Shown: positions 10,140 to 20,918, counted from the first letter of the stretch. The stretch: 39,684 bases of DNA from Octopus bimaculoides (GCF_001194135.2 NC_068983.1:43781544-43821227); one strand, 5' to 3'. Translations and numbers: made by a program. Notes: a model not told the origin generated them from the sequence alone.

Positions 10140-10455
10140 GTCAATGATGACAATATTGATGACAATAAACTCATGTAAATTACATGTCAGCACATTATTG
10201 GAAATGATAATATTGATTACAATAAACACTTTACATAAATGATTTTCATAATTTATGCAGATAATTGGAAATGATAATGTTGACGTCTTCAAACTTATTC
10301 TCATAATTTATGCACATTACCGGAACAAGCAGTGTTGCTGACTATAAGCTCATTATGTAAATGATTCTCATAATTTATGCACATTATTAGAAGTGATAAC
10401 ACTGGTAACAATCAGCTTATTATATAAATGACTTTTACAATTTATGTACATTGTT
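10140..10455. repeat. Degenerate AT-rich tandem repeat, units of about 55-70 bp
   Basis: Recurrent tctcataatttatgcacatta...gaaatgataa and taaatga motifs, 4-5 times. Confidence 0.7.
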
Positions 10456-10506
10456 TTTTCCTAATTTATGCATATCACTATAACTATATTTGTTTGAATT
10501 CTATAG

Positions 10507-10632
10507 ATGTGGATGAATGTGAGATGAAAATAGACAACTGTGGCAATCATTCCAGGTGTATAAACACACCTGGCAGTTTCAATTGCAAATGCTGTTCTGG
10601 ATATGAACTAACAGCTGATAATAAATGTACTG
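10507..10632 (+). CDS. Exon E: calcium-binding EGF domain
   Basis: attctatag|AT...ACTG|gtaagt. (D)VDECEMKIDNCGNHSRCINTPGSFNCKCCSGYELTADNKCT. Phase 1-1, 126 nt. Confidence 0.95.
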
Positions 10633-10930
10633 GTAAGTGGAAATCTTATTCTTTTGTTTGGTTCAGTTGTTGGTTTGCAGCAGTGTTTGGATCAAATCAA
10701 CTCCAGTCTTTCACATTTCATCCCTCTGGAGCTTGATAAAATAAATGAATCTGTCCAAATACCAGAGATGATTTGCCAGCCTTTTCCTCCCACCATTATT
10801 CTTAGGAGAGTCACAGGTAGAGTCATCAGGCAACACCTCCATAGTGTCCTATGATAAGCCACTGTCTTTACACTTTCCAGCAGGATTTCCTAGATCCATA
10901 TTAGGAACTTTGCTTAATTACCCACCTTCA

Positions 10931-10980
<50 letters not shown>

Positions 10981-10986
10981 TATCAT

Positions 10987-11330
10987 TGTTTAACGTTTGT
11001 TTTCCATACTAGCATGGGTTGGATGGTTTGACTGGGAACTGGCAAGCCAGGAGGCCGCACCAGGCTCCAATCTGATCTGGCAGAGCTTCTACGGTTGGAT
11101 GCCCTTCCTAACACCAACCACTCCAAGAGTGTAGTCGGTGCTTTTTACATGCCATCAGTAAGGGAGCCAGTCAAGCGGCATTGGCATTGGCCACATTTGG
11201 ATGGTGCTTTTTACATGCTACCAGCACAGGAGTCAGTCAGGGTGGGGAGGTTGGCATTAACCATATTCGGATGGTGTTTTTTACCTGTCACTGGCATAGG
11301 GAGCCAGTCAGGTGGCACTGGCAACGACCC
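10987..11330 (-). mobile_element. (GAT)n-tailed short retroelement, family 3
   Basis: (CAT)n 10933-10986, then gtttaacg...ccat(g/a)ctagcatgggttgga...ggatgcccttcctaa; copies at 12215, 15556, 19720, 22038, 23592 and 24870. Confidence 0.85.
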
Positions 11331-11379
11331 ACACAGAATATACAATCATACAGACATCCATCCATCTTCTCCGGGGAAG

Positions 11380-11600
11380 ATGACCTACCTCCTCCATCAG
11401 GTCCTATTAGAAGCAGCCATCCTCACATTTTCCTGTTGGAGTCCCAAGTGTGACCAACAAAGACTATAGATATTATCCAACCATCTCATTCTTAGTTGAC
11501 CCTTAGATCTCTTGCAGTTCTTTTCTGTAGCATTCTCCACATTGAGAAGTCATTGCTCTGGTACCATGGACATGAGATTAGACTGTTGACTAGCCACCTT
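11380..11600 (-). mobile_element. Old RTE/BovB-like LINE 3' remnant
   Basis: Minus translation CKRSKGQLRMRWLDNI resembles the RTE GxRxRGRxRMRWLD motif; heavily decayed. Confidence 0.5.
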
Positions 11601-11613
11601 TTCTAAATTTCAG

Positions 11614-11658
<45 letters not shown>

Positions 11659-11659
11659 G

Positions 11660-12210
11660 AGTGAGAGAGCAGTGCATGCCATCAAAGTGACACTGGGGTA
11701 AAACATATGAAGCCCATTATACCCATCATGACTACCCGTCTGATAAGGGTACACCAGGCACATGCATCACAACCATATGCGCGTGACATGGTGATCTCAT
11801 ATCAAGATAAGCAACACATGACCTTGCAGGTGGAGCCCAGTTAGAATTTTCTTCAGATTGAGTAGTCCATCCCGCTCAAATGGTCCCTGAATAAGGTTTG
11901 TTTAAGGATGTTGAGCAAAACACCCATGTTTCCAGAAGTTAATTATCCAAATCTCAAAGAATTCCTCTCAACACATGGCTATGGTGCTCCCCCACTACTT
12001 CTGCTCATGATCAGAGATGTGCATATTGTCAGCCACCAAGGGACATGCTCAACTGGTAAAGGTCAAACAACTGACAAGCAAATCTGTGGTATTGAGCAGA
12101 ATAATATTTGCTGTAGCCCCTCTTTTATACCAAGACAAAACAATGCACATGATAGCACTTCCAATCAATTAAGCCATGAAAGCCACTGCATGGTACTGCA
12201 TCCAGGCCGT
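11660..12210 (-). mobile_element. Interspersed repeat with (AAT)n tail (11615-11658), unclassified SINE/non-autonomous LINE
   Basis: Non-coding segment ending in a microsatellite tail; a partial match appears near 27915-27955. Family assignment is by recognition only. Confidence 0.45.
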
Positions 12211-12214
12211 TACC

Positions 12215-12497
12215 AGTGCTGCCTGACTGGCTCCCCGTGCCGGTGGCACATGAAAAGCACCATCCAAATGTGGCTGATGCCAGTGCCGTCTGACCGGCTC
12301 CCGTGCTGGTGGCACATAAAAAGCACCCACTACACTCTCTGAGTGGTTGGCGTTAGGAAGGGCATCTAGTTGTAGAAACCTTACCAGATCAGATTGAAGC
12401 CTGGTGCGGCCTCCTGGCTTGCCAGTCCTCAGTCGAACCATCCAACCCATGCCAGCATGGAAAAAGGATGTTAAACGATGATGAAGATGATGATGAT
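12215..12497 (+). mobile_element. Family-3 element, inverted relative to 10987-11330
   Basis: Ends ...cccatgccagcatggaaaaaggatgttaaacgatgatg(aa)gatgatgat. Confidence 0.85.
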
Positions 12498-13662
12498 ATA
12501 TATATATATATATATATAAATTACATTATTTATATATGTATATATGTATATATATATATATATAAATTACATTATTTATATACATATANNNNNNNNNNNN
12601 NNNNNNNNNNNNNNNNNNNNNNNNNNNNNNNNNNNNNNNNNNNNNNNNNNNNNNNNNNNNNNNNNNNNNNNNNNNNNNNNNNNNNNNNNNNNNNNNNNNN
12701 NNNNNNNNNNNNNNNNNNNNNNNNNNNNNNNNNNNNNNNNNNNNNNNNNNNNNNNNNNNNNNNNNNNNNNNNNNNNNNNNNNNNNNNNNNNNNNNNNNNN
12801 NNNNNNNNNNNNNNNNNNNNNNNNNNNNNNNNNNNNNNNNNNNNNNNNNNNNNNNNNNNNNNNNNNNNNNNNNNNNNNNNNNNNNNNNNNNNNNNNNNNN
12901 NNNNNNNNNNNNNNNNNNNNNNNNNNNNNNNNNNNNNNNNNNNNNNNNNNNNNNNNNNNNNNNNNNNNNNNNNNNNNNNNNNNNNNNNNNNNNNNNNNNN
13001 NNNNNNNNNNNNNNNNNNNNNNNNNNNNNNNNNNNNNNNNNNNNNNNNNNNNNNNNNNNNNNNNNNNNNNNNNNNNNNNNNNNNNNNNNNNNNNNNNNNN
13101 NNNNNNNNNNNNNNNNNNNNNNNNNNNNNNNNNNNNNNNNNNNNNNNNNNNNNNNNNNNNNNNNNNNNNNNNNNNNNNNNNNNNNNNNNNNNNNNNNNNN
13201 NNNNNNNNNNNNNNNNNNNNNNNNNNNNNNNNNNNNNNNNNNNNNNNNNNNNNNNNNNNNNNNNNNNNNNNNNNNNNNNNNNNNNNNNNNNNNNNNNNNN
13301 NNNNNNNNNNNNNNNNNNNNNNNNNNNNNNNNNNNNNNNNNNNNNNNNNNNNNNNNNNNNNNNNNNNNNNNNNNNNNNNNNNNNNNNNNNNNNNNNNNNN
13401 NNNNNNNNNNNNNNNNNNNNNNNNNNNNNNNNNNNNNNNNNNNNNNNNNNNNNNNNNNNNNNNNNNNNNNNNNNNNNNNNNNNNNNNNNNNNNNNNNNNN
13501 NNNNNNNNNNNNNNNNNNNNNNNNNNCAATCTGAGCATGAAAAAATGTTTCCTAAAGTCATGGGTGCTGTGTTGTTTTTTTATTTCGTGAGCATGTCCAC
13601 AAGTGTCTGACATGGAATTCTAAAAGTTGCCCAAGGTTGTTGTTGGAAAGATGGTAGATAAA

Positions 13663-13895
13663 GGTGGCGAGCTGGCAGAAACGTTAGTATGCCGGGCGAA
13701 ATACTTAGCAGTATTTCGTCTGTCTTTACGTTCTGAGTTCGAATTCCGCCGAGGTCGACTTTGCCTTTCATCCTTTCGGGGTCGATTAAATAAGTACCAG
13801 TTACGCACTGGGGTCAATATAATCGACTTAATCCGTTTGTCTGTCCTTGTTTGTCCCCTCTATGTTTAACCCCTTGTGGGCAATAACGAAATAAG
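13663..13895 (+). mobile_element. tRNA-derived SINE, family 1
   Basis: A-box-like ggcgagctggcagaa and B-box gagttcgaattcc; multiple copies in the window. Confidence 0.88.
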
Positions 13896-13978
13896 ATGGT
13901 AGATAATCTTGTGGATTATTTGTTTCATGTAGACACTAATACATCTGTTGTTTTCTCTATTGTTCTTTCATCTTCCAG

Positions 13979-14084
13979 ATATGTGGTACCGATGGAGTGT
14001 CATATGAAAACTGGGCAGACATGATCATAAAAGCCTGTGAGAAACAAACCAAAATTAAGATGGATTATCACCATGTATGCAAAA
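13979..14084 (+). CDS. Exon F: C-terminal half of a Kazal/follistatin domain
   Basis: ctttcatcttccag|ATA...AAAA|gtaaga. ICGTDGVSYENWADMIIKACEKQTKIKMDYHHVCK has the Kazal CGxDGxxY motif. Phase 0-1, 106 nt. Confidence 0.88.
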
Positions 14085-14355
14085 GTAAGACTTTCTCATT
14101 ATGACCTTCTGTCTTCATCTATCTATTGGGTGGCAAAATAAAACTTCCTGCTCAAGGTTCTTGATCATCGTTGAATGCAGACATGGTTGAATGGATAAAA
14201 AGAATTCACTTTTCAACCGCATGGTTTCAGATTCAGCCCCACTGTATGACACCCTCGGCAAGCATTTTTAACTATGACTCCAGGCCAACCACTGCAAAGT
14301 AAGGAAATATGATAGATAGAAACTGTGAAATCCCATTGCATATACTGTTTAACTT

Positions 14356-14737
14356 GTTTCAGTCATTTATTTGACTGTGGCCATGCTGGAGAACTGCCTT
14401 TAGTTGAGCAAATCGACACCAGGACTTATTCTTTGTAAGCCTAGTACTTATTCTATCAGGCTCTTTTGCCAAACTGCTAAGTTACGGAGATGTAAACAGA
14501 CCAGCATCGGTTGTCAAGCAATGTTAGGGGACAAACAAAGACACACAAACACATATAAATACATATACATATATACAATGGACTTCTTTCAGTTTCCGTC
14601 TACCAAATCCACTCACAAGGCTTTGGTCAGCCCAAGGCTACAGTAAAAGACACTTGCTCAAGGTGTCACGCAGTGGGACTGAACCTGGAACCATGTGGTT
14701 GGTAAGCAAGCTACTTACCACACAGCCACTCCTGCAC
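14356..14737 (-). mobile_element. Bipartite SINE family 2 (tRNA-like head, (CA/TA)n, tail)
   Basis: Same head-microsatellite-tail order as 29685-30140 and 31890-32570. Confidence 0.85.
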
Positions 14738-14821
14738 CTATATATAAGGATATTACTGTTCATAATTTACAATAATATCAGTGGCTAGCATGCGTAAAAA
14801 CTATGAAGGCAAAAAATATTT

Positions 14822-15085
14822 ATTAATAATGAAAGGTACTACTAGTAGCACCAGCATACTAAAACTATCAGTCAAAAATTACTCAAACTACAGTTTTCAC
14901 TTGTACACAATGGTGAAATCGTGAGAATTAGCAAAATAATTTTAAGACCCTGTACAGGGTCTTAAAATTACTTTGCTTGTTCTCTTGATTTCACTATTGT
15001 GCACAAGTGAAAACTGTGGTTTGAGTAATTTTTGACTGCTATTTTTAGACTGCTGGTGCTACAAGTAGTAACTTTCATGATTAAT
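14822..15085. repeat. 264-bp spacerless palindrome (132-bp arms)
   Basis: Ungapped self-complementarity about the TA at 14953-14954; 15 mismatches in 132 by manual alignment; centre gaccctgTAcagggtc. Confidence 0.93.
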
Positions 15086-15103
15086 TATACATACATACAT
15101 ATG

Positions 15104-15134
<31 letters not shown>

Positions 15135-16194
15135 GTGTGTGTGTGCATTTATGTATGTATGTATGTATGTCATTATTCAGTTTTATTTCAAAATTCTTAC
15201 CAACAGAGAAAGAGCCAGTTTCTAACCTAGATCCAAACCTCCTTCATTGGAATTTCAACATCACAACAGGGTAATTTTGTATGCATGTATGTATATGAGC
15301 AGATTTGTATGTTTTGATTTATGTGCATATTCACATGCATATAGTTGCATATCTAGATATGCTCATATATACTTAAATGATAAGCTTCTGGAAAGTTTTA
15401 CAGATTTTCACAGTTCCAGTGAGGGATTTGATCTATAGTCTTCAAATCAGCTTTCTACTTTCTGGTTTTGAGAAGCCTAACTTCTCATGTATGTATAGAA
15501 TTAGTGACACATATAAACACAATTAGGCTCCATATCTATAAATATACATGCATAGCCATCTGGCTCACCAGTCCCCAGTCAAACCGTCCAACCTCTGCTA
15601 GCATGGAAAGAGGACGTTAAACGATGATGACGATGATGATGATGTAGATACAAAAACTAAATATATTCAGAAGATAAACGCATATGTACAAGCATATACA
15701 TATAATATATATTGACAAATATATATTAACAATTTCCCCTCCTGACAAAGGAAGCTGGTATTATGGTAATGTATCTATGCATCCATCTGCTAATTATGAA
15801 CATTACAACTATTACATAATTCCAAGCTCCCAGAAACAGCTGTCAAGTTAAAAAAAAAACTATGCATTCTCCCCTTAGTTTTCTGTATTTTTTATTACTC
15901 CATGTAAAAGTAAATTTATTTATCAATATATATAAATATTTATATACTTGTACATATGTGTTTATCTATATTTTGTTTTTGCATCTATATATATCCCTGT
16001 GGCAGGGGGGTGTCTATGCATGTATATTTATATATATATATATATCAAGCCTCATCTGCATCACTACCACCATATCAGCTCACCTGGATTTTTCTATTAG
16101 CCACTCTTTATCCTGTGGACCTAGCCTTTGGTAAAGACTTCAGAGTTTAGGGTCAAATCATTCAAGCACTCTATATCTCTAGAGCATCTCAAGC

Positions 16195-16328
16195 TTTTAC
16201 CTGTTATATAAACCCTGCATATAAATCTCTATAGTTCTCACCTGTTAAATAAATCCTGCATATAAGTCTATATAGATCTCACCTGTTAGATGAATCCTGC
16301 ATATAGATCTCTATATAAATCCTGCATC
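16195..16328. repeat. About 41-bp minisatellite, about 3.3 units
   Basis: Repeated ctcacctgttaaataaatcctgcatataa(g/a)tct(c/a)tatag. Confidence 0.85.
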
Positions 16329-16828
16329 CTGATGACCACTGGCCTCAGGGCATTTGCTGCATCAAACCAATATAAATTTGAATGACAAGAGGGGGTATAA
16401 TAAACCCCTTCTGCCTCCTGGGGCAATTTATCGAGCATTTAAGAAAAGCTAAGGGTACAAAGCCCAACAGAAAATCCGGATTCTACTTGACCAATATCTG
16501 ACATCCTTATGGCACCATCAATGCTGCAAATATATTGACTTGTCTTTTCTTTGAGGTATATCCATGGGTGGAGAGGTGGAGGTAAGTGTACTCGGAGCTA
16601 GACACTTGCTTCTAGAAATAACTCAAGCACAGCAGAGGTAGATCAAGTTACTAACTCTGCAATATCATTGACCACCATTGATAAACGCCAAACACAAAGA
16701 GCTGTAACCATACCAAAGATTAGTTTCTTTCTCCTTTATAGTATAAAAAAAAAACAATAATTATATAGGAATATATGAACAAGTAAATCATTATTATGAA
16801 AACACATCTATCTTGCTCCTTATTTCAG

Positions 16829-16939
16829 AGTCATGCAGTGAGGTGAAATGTCCAAAGTATCAAATGTGTGTTACGGATGAAGAAACTGGTAAACCCAAAT
16901 GTGTTTGTGAACCATGCACAGAGGTGGAAATTATTAAAA
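16829..16939 (+). CDS. Exon G: follistatin-N half of second FS domain
   Basis: ccttatttcag|AG...AAAA|gtaagc. (K)SCSEVKCPKYQMCVTDEETGKPKCVCEPCTEVEIIK. Phase 1-1, 111 nt. Confidence 0.92.
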
Positions 16940-17337
16940 GTAAGCATCGTTTTTTTTTTTTATATTTATATATATGACTTATAATTTGCCATAATTGAGA
17001 GCTTCCTTTTATACTTTTTTTGTATTTTCTATGCTTTTGTCCTAAAGAAGGCTTGAGGCCACTGCAGTGTAAGGGGCTACAAAGAAGGTAAAAAGGGGCC
17101 TACAAACTCAAAAGATGTCAATTGACAGAAAACTTAAAAGGTTGATAGATAGATAGATAGATAGATAGATGTATATATCTTCTAAATGTAATTAATGTAT
17201 TTTTAAATATAAATTTATGAGTATGTCTTCCAAATATATATCCGTGTCTTGTTTTAAAATATCAACTCAACTCCATTAGATTTATATCGTTCAGGAAGTG
17301 CCCTTAAACTACTAAACCAGTTTCTGTTCTTCTTCAG

Positions 17338-17454
17338 AACCAGTCTGTAGTCCAGCGAAAGTCATCTATGATTCCTTCTGTGACTTCAAGAAATTCCAGT
17401 GTGCCTATGACATTCAACAGGTTGTAGTGGATGCATCACAGTGTAAAGCTATTG
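17338..17454 (+). CDS. Exon H: Kazal half of second FS domain
   Basis: ttcttcttcag|AA...ATTG|gtatga. (K)PVCSPAKVIYDSFCDFKKFQCAYDIQQVVVDASQCKAI. With exon G it gives 10 Cys. Phase 1-1, 117 nt. Confidence 0.88.
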
Positions 17455-17470
17455 GTATGATTGTTGATTA

Positions 17471-17537
<67 letters not shown>

Positions 17538-17538
<1 letters not shown>

Positions 17539-17880
17539 CAGTAGTTTTATTTTTATAACGTGCTTTCACTTCACTACCGAGCTCAGCTCTGTGTGCCTTG
17601 GGTATGTGCTGTGGTTTGCTGTGATGCTCTTGTGGTTACTGTATTGAAAGTGTTTTGCGTAGGATGTGTGCAGTGCCCAGTAGTGCAATTTTCTCTATGT
17701 TATATATATTTGTAAGTCCTGGTGTTTTTGTTATGTATTTGTCTGAATATTTTTTTTATTATACCTAAGGCACCTACTATGACAGGAATTGTTTCTGTTT
17801 TAAGATTCCACATTCGAGTTACCTCTATTTCCAAGCCTTTGTATTTTGAAAGTTTCTCCATTTCTTTTAGGGAAACGTTG

Positions 17881-17884
<4 letters not shown>
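17538..17884 (-). mobile_element. R4/Dong-like LINE 3' end (RLE C-terminus plus 3' UTR), same family as 7048-8878
   Basis: DNVSLKEMEKLSKYKGLEIEVTRMWNLKTETIPVIVGALGIIKKYSDKYITKTPGLTNIYNIEKIALLGTAHILRKTLSIQ*. 3' UTR nearly identical to 7048-7141; (AAT/AAC)n on one side and (AAT)n on the other. Confidence 0.88.
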
Positions 17885-17947
<63 letters not shown>

Positions 17948-17974
17948 CATCATCATCATCATCATCATCATCAT

Positions 17975-18445
17975 TTATGGTATCCTTTCATTATAACTTT
18001 ATTTCAGCTGCCTTAGCACCGGGCATCCTCCGGAAGCCAAGAGTAGCCAAGGGCACTTTTGTTTTGCTTGGCATGCTAAAATTATCACCACATTTATTCC
18101 ATTTTAGATGGAGAGTGCTTTCCATAGTATATGGGCTGTACCCGTCAAGGTTATCTTTTTTAGTTCATGGAGATTGGAGTAACCAGGAAGTTGCTTAATA
18201 TACTTCTCAGCTCCCTTCTTTATCATTCCAAATGCACCAATTACTACTGGTATTATCATAGCACTAAGCTTCCACATTTTTGTGATTTCACGGATGTAGC
18301 CTTGAGATTTAGTGACAAGTTTCCTCAAATTTCAAAGAATCTTTCTTAGAATTCTTACAGAAAACAGGACTGCACTTTTCTGCAGGTAGACAATGCACGT
18401 CTCAATTTCGGTACCCTTCAGACTCTTGGGCAGCAGTTTCATATT
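17975..18445 (-). mobile_element. Two further degenerate R4/Dong-like 3' fragments (different subfamilies)
   Basis: EITKMWKLSAMIIPVVIGAFGMIKKGAEKYIKQLPG...KKITLTGTAHILWKALSI* (about 18104-18330) and YLQKSAVLFSVRILRKIL (about 18345-18440). Confidence 0.7.
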
Positions 18446-18514
18446 ATTATTAGTGTTGTTGCAGTTGTTGTTGTTTGCTGATTCTAAAACATGTTGCTGT
18501 GGTTATTTCCGTAG

Positions 18515-18682
18515 GTAGTGACGCAGTCAGTGAATGGTCTGAATGGAGCAGCTGTAGTGTAACATGTGGTGAAGGAACTAAGGAGAGAACAAGGGAGCCT
18601 CTAAGAACACTGAATGTCTTTGAAGAGGCCAGTTTACCATTAAATGCCACCTCAGCTTGTTACCTTGATCCCTGTAATGGAA
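18515..18682 (+). CDS. Exon I: thrombospondin type-1 repeat
   Basis: atttccgtag|GT...GGAA|gtgagt. (G)SDAVSEWSEWSSCSVTCGEGTKERTREPLRTLNVFEEASLPLNATSACYLDPCNG has WxxWxxC, CSVTCG and RxR motifs; only 4 Cys. Phase 1-1, 168 nt. Confidence 0.95.
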
Positions 18683-18719
18683 GTGAGTATTATGGACTTC
18701 AGCTCTTTCTCTCGTACTA

Positions 18720-19027
18720 CACCCTCTGCTTTTCTCTCATCTCTCTTTATATATATCTCTCTCCTTCTCTCTATAACTCTCTCCTTCTCTATCTCTCCTT
18801 CTCTCTCTCTCTCTCACCTTCTCTCTCTCTCTCTCACCTTCTCTCTCTCACCTTCTCTCTCTCCTCCTCACACTCTCCCCTTCTCTCTCCCTCTCACCTC
18901 TCTCTCCTTCTCACTCTCTCCCTTCTCTCTCCCTCCTTCTCTCTTATCTCTCTCTCCTTCTCTGTCTCTCCTCTCTCTCTCTCTCTTTCTCACTCTCTTC
19001 CCTTCTCTCTCTCTCTCTCCCTCTCTA

Positions 19028-19101
<74 letters not shown>
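18720..19101. repeat. (CT)n-rich tract
   Basis: Direct inspection; starts about 40 nt after the exon I donor. Confidence 0.95.
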
Positions 19102-19104
<3 letters not shown>

Positions 19105-19123
19105 GTTTATTTACTGCACCTTG

Positions 19124-19154
<31 letters not shown>

Positions 19155-19416
19155 CCTTACTCTTTTTCTTTTTGTCTGTCATATATTATCATATATTATC
19201 ATATATTATCATTTACTCTGTAGCCTAACAGCATTTTGATACCCTTTTACACCTTAAAGATGAACTGTATCTGAAAACTTACATTTGTCTTCATTCATTG
19301 AGTAGATATTAAATAAGCAGAGACCTGCTACTCCTTACATTTAAATATACTCACTTCACAGCTAATTTCTAATTCTAACTTTACTTATGCACCGTTTCAT
19401 CTTGACATTTTTTCAG

Positions 19417-19653
19417 GTGTATGCTTTAGCTTCACATGTCCACTTAAAGCACAGATATGCTCTGATGATAATGGAGAACCTAAATGCAAATGTCCCAACT
19501 GTACAAATGTGGGAACAAGCCCTGTGTGTGCTCGTCTTTATGTTGGAGAATATGCATACAGTGAGGAGACGTTTATGAATCCATGTGAAGCTGAGGCAGC
19601 AGCTTGTGAAAATGACCAGGACTTTGATATTATGAAAGATGTGGAATGTGATG
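19417..19653 (+). CDS. Exon J: complete follistatin domain
   Basis: ttttttcag|GT...GATG|gtaaga. (S)VCFSFTCPLKAQICSDDNGEPKCKCPNCTNVGTSPVCARLYVGEYAYSEETFMNPCEAEAAACENDQDFDIMKDVECD, 10 Cys. Phase 1-1, 237 nt. Confidence 0.92.
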
Positions 19654-19719
19654 GTAAGAAGTAATGTTATTCTGTTCAAAGAGAGAGGCTGTACAAGGAA
19701 TAGATCATCCTCATCATCA

Positions 19720-20000
19720 TTGTTTAACGTTCATCTTCCATGCATGCATAAGTAGGACAGTTGACATGAGCCAGCCAGGTAGAAAAACTATGCAAGGCTG
19801 CTGTGTCTGTTTTGGTAGTGATTTTATGGCTGGACGCCCTTCCTAACACCAACCACTCCACAGAGTGGACTCAATGCTTTTTATGGGGCACTAGCGCAGG
19901 CGAGGACAGTTTGGCATGGTTTTACAGCTAGATGCCCTTCCAAATGCCAACCACATTCCAGTGTGAACTGGATGCTTTTAACATGGCACCAGCACTGGTA
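19720..20000 (-). mobile_element. Family-3 element
   Basis: catcatcattgtttaacgttcatcttccatgcatgca...ggacgcccttcctaacaccaaccactcc. Confidence 0.75.
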
Positions 20001-20204
20001 TACAATTCTACAGTAAACGTTTGAACATTTAGTTTTGGCTCTCCAGGTTCTGTGTCAAGGCTCTTGTCCAAGTAGTTAGGATATTCCATTCATGATTGCT
20101 AGATCATAGCTTCAATTCCTGGACTGGGAAGTGTGTTGTGTTCTCCAGCAAAACACTTCATTTCCTGTTCTTTCAGTCTACTCATCTGTAAATGAGTCAC
20201 CCTA

Positions 20205-20830
20205 TGATAGAGTGGCATCCCATTCAGGGATGTCCCATTCAAGGCCATCCTATTCAGGGGTGTTCCATTCAAGGCCATCCCATTCAGGGGCGTCCCATTC
20301 AGGGGCATCCCATTCAGGGGTTTCTCATTCATGGGCGTCCCATTCAGAGGCATCCTGTTCAGGGATTCCCATTCAGGGTGTCCCATTCGGGGGCCTCTCA
20401 TTCAGGGGTATTCCATTCAGGGACGTCCCATTCAGGCACATCCCATTCAGGGGCATCCCATTAAGGAGCGTCCCATTCAGTNNNNNNNNNNNNNNNNNNN
20501 NNNNNNNNNNNNNNNNNNNNNNNNNNNNNNNNNNNNNNNNNNNNNNNNNNNNNNNNNNNNNNNNNNNNNNNNNNNTTCCCATTCAGGGTGTCCCATTCGG
20601 GGGCCTCTCATTCAGGGGTATTCCATTCAGGGACGTCCCATTCAGGCACATCCCATTCAGGGGTATTCCATTCAGGGACGTCCCATTCAGGCACATCCCA
20701 TTCAGGGGCATCCCATTAAGGAGCGTCCCATTCAGTGGTGTCACATTCAGGGATGTCTCATTCAAGGGTGTCCCATTTAGGGGCATCCCACTCAGGGATG
20801 TCCCATTCAGAGGTGCCCCATTCAGGCACT
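20205..20830. repeat. 15-bp minisatellite, consensus cccattcaggggcRt (gap 20482-20575)
   Basis: Dozens of degenerate tandem 15-mers; they explain the (RGIPF)n, (LNGTP)n and (GHPIQ)n ORFs. Confidence 0.95.
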
Positions 20831-20918
20831 GTTATGACCTTGGTCATTTATATGGCATGGAAATCAGGTAACTGGCCACATGAGTTCTAAGACTGAGGAC
20901 AGTAATTTATTTTCTTAA

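Noticed and set aside
20205-20830. CRISPR-like array
   Set aside because: Eukaryotic context, contiguous 15-bp units with no unique spacers, and no cas genes.
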